Positions 24,546-38,642 of a stretch of DNA of 64,000 bases are shown piece by piece. The notes beneath the pieces were generated by a model. The model was not told where the DNA came from. It saw only the letters and a program-made list of their open reading frames with translations, and searched no databases. How positions within the stretch are numbered: position 1 is the first letter of the stretch; every line of letters begins with the position of its first letter. Position numbers and translations under genes: made by a program. Origin of the DNA: Lama guanicoe (taxonomy: Eukaryota); NCBI GenBank assembly GCA_013239625.1, contig MU054187.1, forward strand, positions 22,816,795 through 22,880,794, written 5' to 3'.

Positions 24546-25489
24546 ATTATTGTTACAGTAGGACCTAAATTTGGCTTCGTTCAACATGAAGTGAGAATAA
24601 TAGCACAGTGCTGGTGGAGGAAGGTGCCTACGGATAACCTGGAGCGAATGCCGTTGGTTCCGCTTGGCCTGTGTCTAAGCATGTAAGGGATCCAGAGGTT
24701 CCCATGAACACTGGTGAGGAGATAATGAGATCCTGACAGGACTGAAGAGATGGAGAATCTGGGAGGGGGAGGAACAGGCTACTGAGGTAGAAATCTGGAT
24801 GAACCAAGGGAAAAGTCGTCAGCGAGAGCACAGGTGGTAGCTAAAAAAACCCAGTCTTCCCTCGAAAGATACTAGTCTAGGGGCCTGAGTAGAACAGCAG
24901 CCACTATGTAGCAGGAACAGGATGATGATCAGCTGGCAGCTCACAGGCAAGAGGAGCTTCCCCCTTCAAACATGGTCATATTAGCAACCTGAACCTCCCC
25001 CAACACACACCCAAATGAAGCTCTGAAAGGAAATGGAATGGGCAGAAAATTGGCATGGTCGAGTCTTTATTTACCTGACAAGAACAAAGTGATTTTAATC
25101 AAACTCTTTCAAATTAATGGGACAGACACCATGCAGTGATATTGGGAGAAGAGAATCTATGTGCTCATGAGAAAGTCTGTCATCTTTGTAAATCTTTGGG
25201 TTTAAATAAAATTTCAATCCCACTAATCCATTTAGGTATTAAAATATCAAAACTGTGTTCATATAAAGAGGAGTCAGAGGAAAATATCCTTTAATAATGA
25301 GAAGCTGCAGGGGTTCCTATTTCTATAAAGTATGTTATTCTAAACGATCACATCTCAGGATGGCTGGGTTATGGCTCAGCTAACACGGTATTTGTCATAA
25401 ACTTTTTTAGGAGAAAAGCAATTGGAAATCTAATTAGGACATTGTAAAAAGGAAATTTCATGGAGTAATGATAGCAAAAAATAAACAAC

Positions 25490-26360
25490 CTCGTATGAAT
25501 AGATGCTCTATTCATGTGTCATCAGGGAAATGCAAATTGAAACAACACTGAGACACTTACTACACACTTATTAGAATGGCCAAAATCCAGAACACTGAAA
25601 ACACCAAATGCTGGCAAGGATGTGGAGCAACAGGAACTCTCATTTATTGCTCATTAAAATGCAAAATGATACAGCCACTTTGGAGGTTTCTTACAAACTC
25701 AACATACTCTTACCACATAATCATACTTCCTGGCATTTACCCCAGGTTGAAAACATGTCCACACAAAAACTTGCACATAAATATTTACAGCAGCTTTATT
25801 TATGATGGTCAAAACCTGGAAGCAATCAAGATGTCCTTCAGTAGGAGAATGACTAAACCAACTGTGTTAGGTCAGATAATGAAACATTATTCAGTGCTTA
25901 AAAAAAAATAGCCATCAAGCCATGAAAAGACATAAAGCAACCTTAATGCATATTACTAAGTGAAAGAAACCAATCTAAAAGGGGCATACTGTCTAATTGC
26001 AACTGTACGACATTCTGGAAAATGCAAAACTATGGAAATGGTAAAAAGGGGAGCAGTTGTCAGGGGTTAGGGGAAAGAGAGGGACGGCTAAGTGGAGCAG
26101 AGAGGACTTTTAGTGAAAGTACTCTGTATAATACTACAATGGTGGATATATATCACTGTATATTTCTTCAATCCATAGAGCGTCCAACACCAAGAGTGAG
26201 CCTTAATGTAAACTATGGGCTTTGTTAATGATGTTTCAATGTAAGTTCATCAATTGTAACACATGTATTAGTCTGGTGGAGGATGTTGATAATGGGAAAG
26301 TTGTGCATGTGTGTGGGGCAGCAGATATATGGGAAATCTCTGTACTTCCACTTATTTTGT
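25490..26360 (+). mobile_element. L1MC-type 3' region (degenerate ORF2 end plus 3' UTR)
   Basis: ORF 25576.. encodes an L1 ORF2 C-terminal remnant (MAKIQNTENTKCWQGCGATGTL). UTR motif caacaccaagagtgagccttaatgtaaactatgg. Confidence 0.85.
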
Positions 26361-26559
26361 ATAAACATATACAAATACATATAGGATTCATTTGTTTTGC
26401 CCAAAGAGACATACTGTGGAAGATAGTAGAATAAACTCTCCTTCATGGGCATTTTTTGTTAATAGGTAATTACTAAGCATTTACAGAGATGACATTCCTT
26501 GAGGGTCAATGACAGAAAGTTGCTGTTGCTTTCAAAATGGCTTTCAATAAACTTCAGAT

Positions 26560-26720
26560 CAGTGCTTCTCAAATTTTAATATGCAAAAAAATCCCCAGAG
26601 GTTAAGGAGTGGGAGCTTATTAAGATGCAGATTCTTCTTCTGAAGGTCTGGGGTGGGGCTGAGACTCAGGCTACCAGCTGCTGTTGCTCCTGGTCCGTGG
26701 TCCACAATTTGAGTAGCAAA
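26560..26720. mobile_element. MER5A-like MITE
   Basis: cagtgcttctcaaattttaatatgc...ggtctggggtggggctgaga...ggtccacaatttgagtagcaa. Confidence 0.8.
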
Positions 26721-27152
26721 CTTAGCGACTATTTGATTTTTTTTTCCTTTAAGAAAATGAAAAAAAACTATTAAACTGCAACTTTTTTGGGGGGTGGGGA
26801 ATTTAGCTTATACTTTAAAAAATTAATTAATTCATCTATGGATTTATTTCAGTTAGTTAAACTACAGAGCTGGGCATGGGTCTTCGCTCATGATATGCTT
26901 GTTTCATTAAATTTAGCAGCAAATCTCACGCTGCACTTAATATGCAGAGTGTGGTATTTTGGAATTTCTTTGGTAGATTTTTACTCAGGACATTTTAATG
27001 AGGTCCAATCAGTATCTATTATCTTAAAAAGTTCAATTCTGATTAAGCATAGGATCACATAAGGAAAAGAGTGAGTAGCTTGCTATTTTCAAAAGAAGAT
27101 TTCAGATTTAGAACTTGTAATAGGTTATGACAGGTTTATAATCAGGTAATAG

Positions 27153-27636
27153 TGTTCCTGTAGAGTAGATTCTTGTCTTGCATAGGAAAGAATTCAAGAG
27201 TGAGCCATAGTAGAGTGAAAGCAAGTTTATTTAGACAGAGACACACTCCACAGACAGAGTGTGGGCCATCTCAGAAGGCGAGAGAGGCAGGCCCCAAGGT
27301 TTGAAGATGGTTAGTTTTTATGGGCCGGGTAATTTCACATGCTAACAAGTGGGAGGATTATTCCAACTATTTGGGGGAAGCAGGGAATTCCAGGAATTGG
27401 GACCCGCCCACATTTTGGTCTTTTATAGTCAGCCTGGGAGCTGTCATGGTGCCTGTGGGTGTGTCATTTAGCAGGCTAGTGTCTTACAGTGAGCATGTAA
27501 TGAGGTTCAAGGTCTACTGGAAGTTGAATATTACGCCATCTTGGGCTTAGTTGGTTCAAACAAGTTTATGTCATAGCCTCAACTGTGGTGTCATTGTTTT
27601 AATGGTTGGGCCCTGCTCCCTTCTCTCCTGTCTCCA
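27153..27636 (-). mobile_element. ERV1-type solo LTR
   Basis: TG...CA termini, antisense polyA signal (gtttattt at about 27225), and motifs aggaaagaattcaagagtgagcc and tcctgtctcca. Confidence 0.7.
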
Positions 27637-28624
27637 TGGTAATATTTTGCAAAATCATTTTCTCTTACTTTGCGTTACATAATTTGCAACTGAATAATTT
27701 GACTTGGGAAGAGCAAAAAGATTTTGGCAGTGTGCGGCCATTCTCCTTGCCCCCCAGCCCCAGGGCTCCACCAGGTGTTCTCTGATGTGCCAAAGTCAGC
27801 CTGGCCAGAGGAGTCTTCAGGGGGTGTTCCTCATGGGTTTAGGAGTCTGCACGCTCAGCTGGCTAAATTATCAATCCCTCTGAAAGCTCTCAAAGTATCT
27901 TTTGTGCAAAGAATTGATGCTTCATTTTAGACTTTAGATTCTAAAGACAACTAGGATATCTCAGCTGCTTGAATTGGAGCTCAGAATTTCACTTCTAGAT
28001 CTAAAAGCAGTGGTAACATGTGGCTTTGATCTGGATTAAAATGATGTGGAACTTCTTTGTAACATGTATAGTTTCCCAAACATTTTAAAATGATCATTTG
28101 GCACAGTACATATATGACCTGGATGGATTATAAATTCTCTCTAAAAGTGTGAGTGCAGAAAATGTTGGAAAATTAAGATAAACATTTGGAGAGAAAGCAA
28201 CTGAAAACCTAGACAAATGGATTCTTATAGACTGACTTAAAAAAAAATCTCTCTGCAAAATTGCTTTTTTAGCTTGTGATTTTCTTTTGAGATTTTGGAC
28301 TCAATTTCATTTTCTAACATTGTCAAAATTACCCATGTGCTGCAGCTACGTCTAAGTAGAGTTTATTTCATGCTAGCTTGGATCTGGCCTCAGGGTAATT
28401 AGCCACGGGCTTTTTGAAAAATATGTATTTAACATTAAAACAAATGAAACTATTCTTGTTATAATTATAAAACCCATATTTTCACTGAAGTTCTGAGATC
28501 CATTGAATGAGATATTCCTTGTATTTTCTTAACAGTCAAAACCAGAATAATTCCGTTTCACTATTTTATTCTAAAAAAGAAAAGCCAAAAAACACTATCT
28601 GGAAAGAAACTTCATGAGAAAGTC

Positions 28625-28955
28625 TTATTTATTTATTCTTTTAATTAATGTGTATTGAGCACTGACCATGTGCCGAGTGTAAGTTAGACAGTGTCTCTGT
28701 TCAGAAGGTACAGGTTGGTGGCACTGACAGGCCCTGAGTAAGAGGTGATAAATGAAGCACAAATGGGTGTCAGAGGTGATTACAGGTTCGGGGGCTGGTT
28801 GCACTGAGAGTGCTTATGTTAACCACTGATGATGCACTGGAAGATCAGAGCAAGCATCCCTGAGGAGGGGATGTTCAAGTTCAAGGACAAGTAAGAGTTG
28901 GCCAGAAGAAGAAGGGGAAGAGTCCCTGAGGCGAAGAGGATCACATGTGACAGTC
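28625..28955 (-). mobile_element. L2 fragment
   Basis: aatgtgtattgagcactgaccatgtgcc...cctgaggaggggatgtt. Confidence 0.55.
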
Positions 28956-29094
28956 TTCACACTGTTGATTATCCAAATGCTGGTGAAGCTATCTTAACTG
29001 ATGCTCTAATTGCTCAGTTTTGTAGTTGTGACCAGAAACCCTGAAAATGATTTTTTCTAAAGCTTGTAGATGATCTCCCCCATGGGTATCAAGA

Positions 29095-29167
29095 TAGAGA
29101 AAGAAAGGAGGAAAAAAAGGAAGAAAGGAAGAAAGAAAAGAGAAGGAAGGAAGGAAGGAAGGAAGGA

Positions 29168-29203
<36 letters not shown>

Positions 29204-29400
29204 AAAGGAAGAAAAAGAAAGAAAGAAAAGGAAGAAAAAGAGAGAAAGGAAGGAAGAAAGAAAGAAAAGAAAAAGAAAGAAAGGGGAAGAAAGAGGGAGG
29301 AAGGGAAGAAAGAAAGAAGGGAGGAATGGAGAGGAGTGGGGAGAGTGGAAAGAGAAAAAGAAGAAGAAAGAAAGGAAAGAGAAATACAAGGGAGAAATGA
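29095..29400 (+). repeat. Purine-rich compound microsatellite (GGAA/GAAA)
   Basis: Read directly. Confidence 0.95.
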
Positions 29401-32149
29401 AGGACTGTCATGCCATTTCAGGAGCAATAATTTGACCTTCTGGAGAATTCTATGAAGGGAAAGGGAGAGAAGTTTATAGAAAAATCTAACTAATTGCCTC
29501 AGCCATGCTGTGCTGTCATCCTTTGTAGCCCAAATTAGACTTTACTGTGGCATAAAAATGACACTCTGGGTGGCCTGAGGCATTATTGTAGCAAAGTGAT
29601 GGCCATTTGTAGAAACTGCCTACATGCAAAGGATTTCGCTTCATTAAAGTGGACTGCTACAAGAAAGCTTCAAGTCTGAGTCTAAGAAAATGCCATTTAT
29701 GCTTACAACTACCACTGAGGAATGGTAGATTATGATAGAGGGAAGGACCTTTTGCGATGCTTCTTTCCTGATGGTTTTGGTTAGAAGTGTTTGGGAGTAG
29801 GGGCTGAGGAAGGCTGAATTGCTCTGCCTGGTAGAGACATTCTAATTTGGAATTGTGGAACCAGCCGGGAGGGAGAAAAAACAGAGAAAAGCAGGGGAGA
29901 AAAGAAGTGAGAACAGCCAGGAAATAATTGAAGGAAGATGTGCACTGAGTGAGAAGAATCCATTGGTCCTGGGCATGGTGGTGAGGACACTTAAGAAAGA
30001 TCTGTTAATGGGTTTCAAGTACATTGTGTCATATGTGATGCAAACCTCTTTAAATACCCCCAGTATTTTATGAACTCCATCTACTATACTTACAGATGCT
30101 CTGAGCACTTGGTTTAAGTTTATTTTTGCTGAGGAAATATAGGGAAGGTTAGCCTTACTTCTGGATAAACAAGACATGGAGTAAAGAGAGCGTTTAAGGA
30201 AGAAGCATGGTGGCAGAGGTGACATCAGAATGTAATCCCCTAGGAAATAACTGAAATTTTAGGAAGAGCTTTTCACTTTTCATGAATTTTCATGGGACCT
30301 TACCTAGGTTTTAAGAGGTCAGTAGATTGCAGCTGACATCATCTGTAGTGCATGGAATTCCTGACTAATATCCCAATAATGGGGAAATGTGGTATCGTCA
30401 TTTAAGAGTTAGATAGTGGACGTGGTGGAATCGTAAGTTCAGCTGAAGCAGTAATATAAATGGTGATGTCTGCTCTTATAAATCTGATTCATCAAAGACC
30501 ATATGCAACTAAGGGAGAAAAGCCATCTTTGATTCAAAGAGAGATACTTCTCTGGTTCAAAAGGATATACTTGAAAGTTTGGAGCATCTTTCAGGTTGTA
30601 TACTATTGGTGCCAGGAAATTGGCCTCCCTGCCTCCAAGTTGGCCCTTCTGTTCCCCTAAATGAATTCCATTCATTACTTAGGTTAGTCATATGGGGTTA
30701 GGATCTACCTGAGGAGACTAGTACAAAAACAAAAGAGAAATTCTGAAAATTCTGCATTTAATTCTTCTCTTTGATAAATTAAAATTAAATCCAGCTTGAG
30801 TGGCACTAGAGCTGAATGGTTGGAATGGTGTTTATATTCCTTTTCAAGTTTTTTAATAATCATTAATTCTTATACAGTGGTCAGTCAGGGAGCATTCGTG
30901 CTGAAGCAAGGCTGTCTATGGAATGTGGAAATGGGGTGGAAAAGGAACTAGATGAGAGCCATTCGGGTGACTGTGGAAGAGCTTGACAAATAGCTAATTT
31001 AAGGATGCTGAGCAGAATCAAAGATCAGTTAAAATTAGACAGTGTAGACTTGTAATCACCCAAGTGTGTGACCAATTCAGCAATGTTCTGTGGGTGGAAA
31101 AGGTGGGGTGATTAAAGTGGAAAAATGGAAATGATTCATACCTGGGAGCTGAGATAATGAACACAATGAACGCTTCTTTGCTTGGGCTGGATGTTCGGTA
31201 AATGTTTGCTGAATTGAACTGCGCCTGGAGGGAGTTTAGGTGATAAGCAAAGGCAGCACATGCTATTTGATTATCATTTAAATATATATTAATATACTGT
31301 TCTATTAAAAGTTGTCTTTCCATAGCCCAACTTTTTGATTTGAACTTTAATTTCAATTAATCCATAGGAGGTAAATCTGTGTTAATAATCTTTTCTAAAC
31401 AACTTGACTTTTGTGCTTGTTTGTACAGCTTGTCATGTATTCTGGAAAACGTACTGATGCTTTATTCTATAGATTACCAGTAAGTCCAACTGCTCGCTTT
31501 TAACCGTGGAATTTCTATTGCTTTTTGGAAGTGAAAGAGAAGACTTTGAGCTTGTCAAGGACATTAAATTTAGTAAAAACCAGGGAAATATTGCTTACCT
31601 CTGTCTAACCTTAAAATATTCTTTCTTATGTTGTAAGAGATGACAGGATTCCAATGTTGACTGTCAAGCATTTATAATGGAGCTTGCCTTCAGCTGTCCT
31701 CAATTTTAACTTCGGCTATATTGGCAATGTGTGGGGCAGAGTCAGCACTCTTGCTCAGCAAAACACAAAGCCTGCAATTTACTCACTTTCCTCCTGGGGA
31801 TGGGGATTTACCTGTTCCCATTTATTTCCCTGGCTTGGCATTAGTGATAATTAGACTAACTCAACAGATGGAGTTAACTTAGTGCCCTTAAAATGACTGA
31901 ATTTAATTTGTATTTTTGAGTCAGGATGACTTCAGTTTCTTAAAAAAAAAAAAAGACTGAAGAATCCTACAGCAAACATCTTAAGGAAGAATCTTTGTTA
32001 GAACCATATATTACTCTGGCTGTAACTACTACTTAGTGAAATGTATATGGATTTACAAAAAAGTGATGGAGGAGGTTAAAGAAAGATTTTGAGGACTGAT
32101 AAAAAAGTTTGTAAGAACTCAAATGCCAGGATGTATGGAGGGTAAAGTG

Positions 32150-32325
32150 CTGTGATGGTCTCTGGAGGAATCAGATCTAGGTTTGAATTTCAGTTCTGCA
32201 ATTTAGCAATTATGTTGCCTTAAAAAAATTACCACAAACTTGAATCTTAGTCTCTTCATCCAAAAGTAGGAACTATAGCACATACTTGAGAGTGATCTTG
32301 GAGGACTGAATGAGATAACATATGA
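32150..32325 (+). mobile_element. MIR SINE
   Basis: ggaatcagatctaggtttgaatttcagttctgc...ggactgaatgagataacatatgaa. Confidence 0.7.
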
Positions 32326-32349
32326 ATTTCATTTTATTTTGTTTAGCAG

Positions 32350-33110
32350 TAGTGCTAATCCATATCATGTGAGTTTACTGAGGCATTTGAAAAAAACTAG
32401 AATATAGCCAATTTAAAAGCATTGCTATCTGTAAAAAGTACATTTTGAACTATGAATGGCTCTCTTCCTGATGTATGATTTTGTAATACTTACATTGGCC
32501 ATTTGGAAAACATTGGTTCATTGAGCTGTGCAGATCTTGCAAACGTTGACGTTTCTTTATGCAATATTTTTTTAAAAACCCCAATCGTCACAAATGATCT
32601 CATCAGAAGAGCCTTTAAGTACTGAGAGGCTGTCAAGCTCACAGAAGGATGTAGATGCAAGTTTTCTAAATTCTAATTTTCACTTGGAAGTTTGCACTTT
32701 ATCATTGGAAACATACACTGCATCTTCCTTGCAGTCACAATCTCACTTCACTCATGTTTGAGAAAATACATTCCAAACATCCAGGTCGTATCCAAGCATC
32801 TAAGTCAATTATTATAGTTTGTCTGTTGGTGGTTCTTTCAAGTAAATATGAAGCTCAGTAAAGAAAGTGGATACTTCAGCTTGCCACCCACATAATAGTA
32901 GAAGCAATTTTACTGGAGACCAAAATTTCTTTGGAAAGCTACAAAAACATTTATCTGCACTTCTCATTTTGTCATGCAGAATATCACAAAGAGGTGTGTA
33001 CTCAAGGGTCACAGGAATAAGATTTAATAAAATTAAGATTTCTCTGGCTTTTAAAAACTGCACATGCATGGCAACAAGGAATTCAGTGACTGCTAGCATA
33101 GCTTGATTCC
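32350..33110 (-). mobile_element. Charlie1-like hAT DNA transposon fragment
   Basis: cattggccatttggaaaacattggttcattgagc, gaggctgtcaagctcacag, atctgcacttctcattttgtca. Confidence 0.7.
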
Positions 33111-33639
33111 AAGTCTTGATTCAATGCTTACGTGCAAAACAATGCCAAAAACTTTTAAAAGTCAATAGTAGAGAAAGGGATAGAATTACAAAATCACCAG
33201 TGCTCTATGGTATCTATCCAATTCTATAAATAATTTCATGCATTAGTATCATTGACTTGGAGTAAAAATTAATTCACAAGTCAGTGGACATGCTGATGCT
33301 AAAAAAATATGAATAGATTAATAGAGGATATTCATCTGTTGGACAGTGGCTACACCTATTTGACAGGGCAAAAATATTTTTGGGTAAAATTTAGCATTTT
33401 TAGAGGTTTCTTCTCTAGAAAAACTTCCTTTTAGCTTCTTACCAGATATTCTTTGTTTCTCATCATCTTACACGTCTCAGCTTAAATCTCTCTGATAGAC
33501 ACCGTCTTTTCCTGACAAGCGCAGTAGGTCCCCTGCTTTTGCACCTGTATGAGCATCTTATAATTGTTTTCACAACGTGTATAAATTCTTCATGCCACTT
33601 TTAACAGCTCTCAGTAACACGTTTATGAGACTGATTATT

Positions 33640-34070
33640 CTATTGCTGCCTTCCTGCGTTACATATTAAGGAACCTAAAGGCAGAAATAAAATTGCTGTT
33701 TTGTATGTTGAACTTTAACTCAGCAAATTTACTGAATTCTCTCACTGATTCTAGTATCTGTAGATTATTTTGCATTTTCCATGTATATAAACTATTATAA
33801 AATAATAGCTCTATCAGTCTTTTCCAATTCTTATACTTTGTGGCTATTTTAATTTTAATGGCTAGGACCTCCACAACAGTATTAAACATAAACTCCACAA
33901 CATTAGAACAGCATACATAATTCTGATTCCAGAGGCAAAGTTTTAATGTTTCACTTTAAGTATAACATGTGTTGTATTTTTTTTGCAAATATTTTTGTCC
34001 TGTTAAGAAAGTTTACTTTTGTTTTCAGTTTGCTGAGATTTTGTATTAAAATGAATATTGTATCATAAGA
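33640..34070 (-). mobile_element. Ancient L1 ORF2 fragment
   Basis: tggctaggacctccacaacagtattaaac; the ORF 33659..33898 remnant reads FNTVVEVLA. Confidence 0.65.
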
Positions 34071-36037
34071 AGTGTTTAGATACAGAAATATTATTACATA
34101 TATACAAATAACATGATAGCACAAATATTACATATCTTGGAACAATCTTATGTAATAGGTAGGATTTGTATGAAAAACTTTGTAGGCCTGAGAATAACAC
34201 AATTCAATTATCAGATTAAACTCACAAGAATCAGAGATTTTATTTGGTATCAAACTTTGCTAAAAATTAAAGGTAATTGTGAAACAGAAACAGAGAGAAG
34301 TCTGAGATTACCAGCGTAGCTCCTTAGAGAAGATGTGCCCTCCTGTACTCCTGCTGGCCCTGCCAGCTTGCACAGTCATTTATTAATCTCTCATAAAATA
34401 ATTTTGACTTTAATGTGACTGAACATTTTGGACTTCTATATTGAATTATTGCTAGTAAATATAGTGAGGGTTACTTTCTACCATTTTCCAAAGAGCATAA
34501 GACACAACTTAATCAATTAATCAATTAATGTATATGAACATCTATTTGTTCCTGCTGGATTTGGTGGTTTGGTATGTCCTGGTCGGCTTCAAAGGGCTTC
34601 AATATCTTTGTAGGCTATTCTGAACCCTCTGGCTGGCTTGAGATTTCCAATATAAAGGTAGGAACTCCAGGAGTCTCTTGCTTTGGGCAAATATGATGAA
34701 CTTGGGCCAGAAGAATCCTGAGTGTATGGGGACTCACTTTCCACATTTCCACCACAAAGTCTGCCTTATCTACCTCCACCTTGTCCCCCAGTCCACAAAC
34801 CTTTCTTCTCTAGAAGATCAAAACTTTATTTCATTTGCATTTGAGAATCAGGGCTGGGTGGAGGAGAGAAGCCAACTGCTTTCTATCTGAACCCTCATCA
34901 TTGCTGAGTTTTATTGCTCTTACTATTTAGAGAAGTAACTAGGGATAGAGTTTTAAATAGGGTTCTGGGCCTCTGTGGATAGAATGGCTGAGGGTCTGTG
35001 AAAGTGGCAGAAGGGAAAATGGATTTTGGCTTTCGATTTTATCTTTGTAACTTAGGCTGGGCTTTTTCTGTGTATGTCAGGTAAGTTTTCCTATTAAGCT
35101 TTGATATTCTGTGGATTTTAGATTACCAAAAAAATCCGACTCTACTGGATGTGAATGGTTAGACAACTTATTTAACTCTTAACTGCAACTTCTTTATCTT
35201 ATAAATTAGGGATAATATATTTTTATTGTACATGTTAATGTTAACGTGATGTATGTGTATAATGTTTGACAGTAGCTCGCGCATTTAAAAGGACTCAAAT
35301 ATATGCTAGATGTTAATGTGATGACTGCTGTTATTATTCCACATCATGTTCAGCTTACATTAACTTTGGTTCTTAATCTTTTCATGTGTATAATTAGAGG
35401 TACTAATCTATGATTATTTGGGTTTTTATCATCTTCTCCATTATTTTTTTTCTTAAGGATGGACAGTGTTTGTTAGATTTCTTTTCCGTAGGTTATCAGT
35501 GACCTCTTAATAGGAAAGCTTTGAGCTGGAAAAATAAATGGAAAATGGTCCTTCTCTTGGGGACTTGAGAGTATAACATACCATAGCACAAGAATAAAGT
35601 ATGGCAGCTACTTCCAAGGTGTTCATAATTTACCAGTTAGAAGCAAAAGTTTAAAAAATGTGCTTTTATCTTTGGTGCAAAAAAAACCCCAAAAACTGAA
35701 AAACAGCTGTTAAGAGTGTAAAAGAAGCGTATTAATCATTGAAATATTTTCCTAAATACATGCACCTAATTTATTATGAAAGATGCTACAATCACTTGGG
35801 ACAGTTATAATGCCTATAATCAAATTCTGTACATAGAAAATATTTTATATACACTAATTTTTATAATTAAAGTAATGTGTTTAATTGCCTTACTGATGAC
35901 CAAAAAAAAGGCATTGAAAAGGAATAAATTATTAAAATGCCAAATTATCTCAGTGCATTTCTACTCTTGATAATAGAGTTCATGTCAGTAATTTCTGTAC
36001 AAAATGCAACAGTATAAAATATTGTTTCTTTGTTCAG

Positions 36038-36196
36038 AAAACCTGCTGAAGGCACAGAAGAAAGTCAGCCCCACCAACCTGATGATTCTCACAATGTAGC
36101 TATCCATGTTAAAAAAGAACATGGTGGTCTTACTTTATATGGACCAAAAAAATCTGAAGAGCAGTTAACAGAATTCCTGGCTATCTTAAAGAAATT
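36038..36196 (+). CDS. CNBD1: CNBD1 coding exon 4 (159 nt): KPAEGTEESQPHQPDDSHNVAIHVKKEHGGLTLYGPKKSEEQLTEFLAILKKL
   Basis: tttctttgttcag acceptor and TT/gtaagt donor. Matches recalled human EESQHQQPDDSNNIAVHVQRAHGG...EEFLAILKKL. In frame with exon 3. Confidence 0.95.
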
Positions 36197-37853
36197 GTAA
36201 GTATTTTTTAATACATTACTTCTTGTAGTTGAATAATTCTTTTGAATAGCTTTTTTTTTTAAAGTTAGTTCTATGAAATTAAGTACTTTATTTATAATCT
36301 AGCACTAATGGTTGATTCAGAAGAGCTGTTTTTAGATGAATGTTATTTACTGATTATGTTAAATTATGTTTAAGATTTTGTTAACTTAAGGTTAGTCAGT
36401 CCTTCGCGGAATTTAAGCTGTCTTCCCCATCACAGAGCCTTTAAATAAGCTTACTTCAAATTCTCTTTGATTTTCTGGAGTACTTTGTGCTGTTTCTGGG
36501 GTACAGCTTCTCCTCAGGGAGAAGATGGAGAAAGGGGGTGGGAATTAAATCTGGGTGGAGGCTGGTTACCAGAAATGCTATTGGATTTGTGAATGAAACT
36601 AAAGTTGAACTGAGACCATGGAACAATGTTGTGTATTGGGATTGAGATTGATGATAAAAACAAAACCACAAATAAAAGTATCAATACTAGATTTGTGCCT
36701 GAAAGAAAGACCAGTAGGATGGGTGAGAAATGAAAAATCTGGCATTTGTGTTTGCAGGAACTAGGTGTCCTATGCTGTAAGCACTTTTCTTCAAAATTAT
36801 AATTGCAAGTTTGAGAAAATATAATCGGAGCTTCTCAGAAATTTGAGAATGGTTAGATTTCTGATGCTTTTACTTATAAATGATGACAAAAAAAGAGAGA
36901 GAGAGAAATGTCAAAGACTAGTTGCTGTATAGGAAAGTATGTGTGAGGGAATTGTAGAGAAGGTAATCATAACCACCTGACACACAAGGGTACAGTTAAA
37001 CTTTAAGCTGTTAAAAATAGAAAATTAATTAGAATGTGTTCAGTGAGTGTGTTAAAAAATATACTTCGGTAGAAAATTACTAAAGCCCTGAAAGTTGTTG
37101 GAGCTGTAGGATGCCACAGCCACTTGCATTCCATTAAGCCATAATGTTGACAAAAATTGCACTGGATTAAAAATTTTGTGTCTAGAAACCCATGAATCAC
37201 TCATTGCTGATTTCAAATTGTACCGGGCTGCAGACAATGCAGTAGGTTATCAATCCTCATCTTTCTGAATGTAACAAGGTGGCAGTTTCTGGATAGCAAG
37301 GTTCTTATCTTAGATGCAGAGGGAGCTCACTTGGGCATGGTTCTCTGGCAAGTTGTCCAAGTACTAGAAAGTAAATCTAGGTTCGAGTCAGGATGCAACT
37401 AATCAGCCGACAAGAGCCAAGCACCGTGTTAGCAACAGACTGCTGTGAAAAGCAAGAGCCACGGCAGAAGGTTGTGTAAACGCAAGGGAGAATGAGAAAA
37501 GGAGCTCCTGCTGCTTCCTCCCGTGGACCTCTGTGCCGGCCGTGTAACAACCAGTCTCCAAGTGCTGGGGACGACACATGTTGGGACAGTGACGATTTCT
37601 AGAACCCACTCCTCCCTACCACGTGAGAGAATGGGTCGGGTGTGAAGGAGGTCCTGAAGTACTACAAGCCCTCCCTTTTGGTGGCTCAGACTTGGCTGCG
37701 GGTGACTCTTCAGAATGAGGGTTTTGACTGCTGGCGATGGGCGGGGCTGTGACACCCGCTGAGTTGCAACAGAAAGAGTAAATGAGAAGGAAGCTCACTG
37801 TTGTGAGATGTTTAGTAGTCACAAAAAGCCTTCATTTCTTTACAAAAAAAATT

Positions 37854-38642
37854 GTTTTTTATTTTCTCTTTTTTTAAACATTTTTTATTGAGTTATAGTC
37901 AGTTTACAATGTTGGGTCAATTTCCAGTGTAGAGCACAATTTTTCAGTTATGCATGAACATACAGATATTCATTGTCACATTCTTTTTCACTGTGAGCTA
38001 CCACAAGATCTTGTATATATGTCCCTGTGCTATACAGTATAATCTTATTTATCTATTCTGCATATGCCTGTCAGTATCTACAAATTTCAAACTCCCAGTT
38101 TGTCCGTTCCCATCCCCCTCCTCCCTGGCAACCACATGTTTGTATTCTGTCTGTGAGTCTGTTTCTGTTTTGTATTTATTTATTTATTTTTTTAAGATTC
38201 CACATATGGGCGATCTCATATGGTATTTTTCTTTCTCTTTCTGGCTTACTTCACTTAGAATGACATTCTCCAGGGACATCCATGTTGCTGCAAATGGCAT
38301 TATGTTGTCATTTTTATGACTGAATAGTATTCCATTGTATAAATATATCGCATCTTCTTTATCTGGTCATCTGTTGATGGACATTTAGGCTGTTTCTATG
38401 TCTTGGCTATTGTAAATAGTGCTGCTATGAACACTGGGGGGCAGGTGTCTTTTTGAAATAGGGTTCCTTCTGGACATATGCCCAGGAGTGGGATTACTGG
38501 GTCCTATGGTAAGTCTTTTCTGAGTCTTTTGAGGAATTTCCGTACTGTTTTCCACAGTGGCTGCACCAAACTGCATTCCCACCAGCAGTGTAGGAGGGTT
38601 CTTTTTTCTCCACAGCCTCTCCAGCATTTGTCATTTGTGGAC
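37854..38642 (-). mobile_element. Young 5'-truncated L1 3' end (camelid type) with TSD
   Basis: L1 3' UTR and ORF2 C-terminus (gctgcaccaaactgcattcccaccagcagtg). Flanking repeats tcatttctttacaaaaaaaatt (37832-37853) and tcatttctgtacaaaaaatt (38643-38662). Confidence 0.92.

Noticed and set aside
24553..25225. Moderately GC-rich segment, possibly exon or retrogene
   Set aside because: No recognisable protein or splice pattern; it looks like an ancient LTR, but I cannot name the family.
28989..29435. Lys/Glu/Arg-rich and Phe/Leu/Ser-rich ORFs
   Set aside because: Translations of the GA-rich microsatellite; the same applies to 59935-60336.
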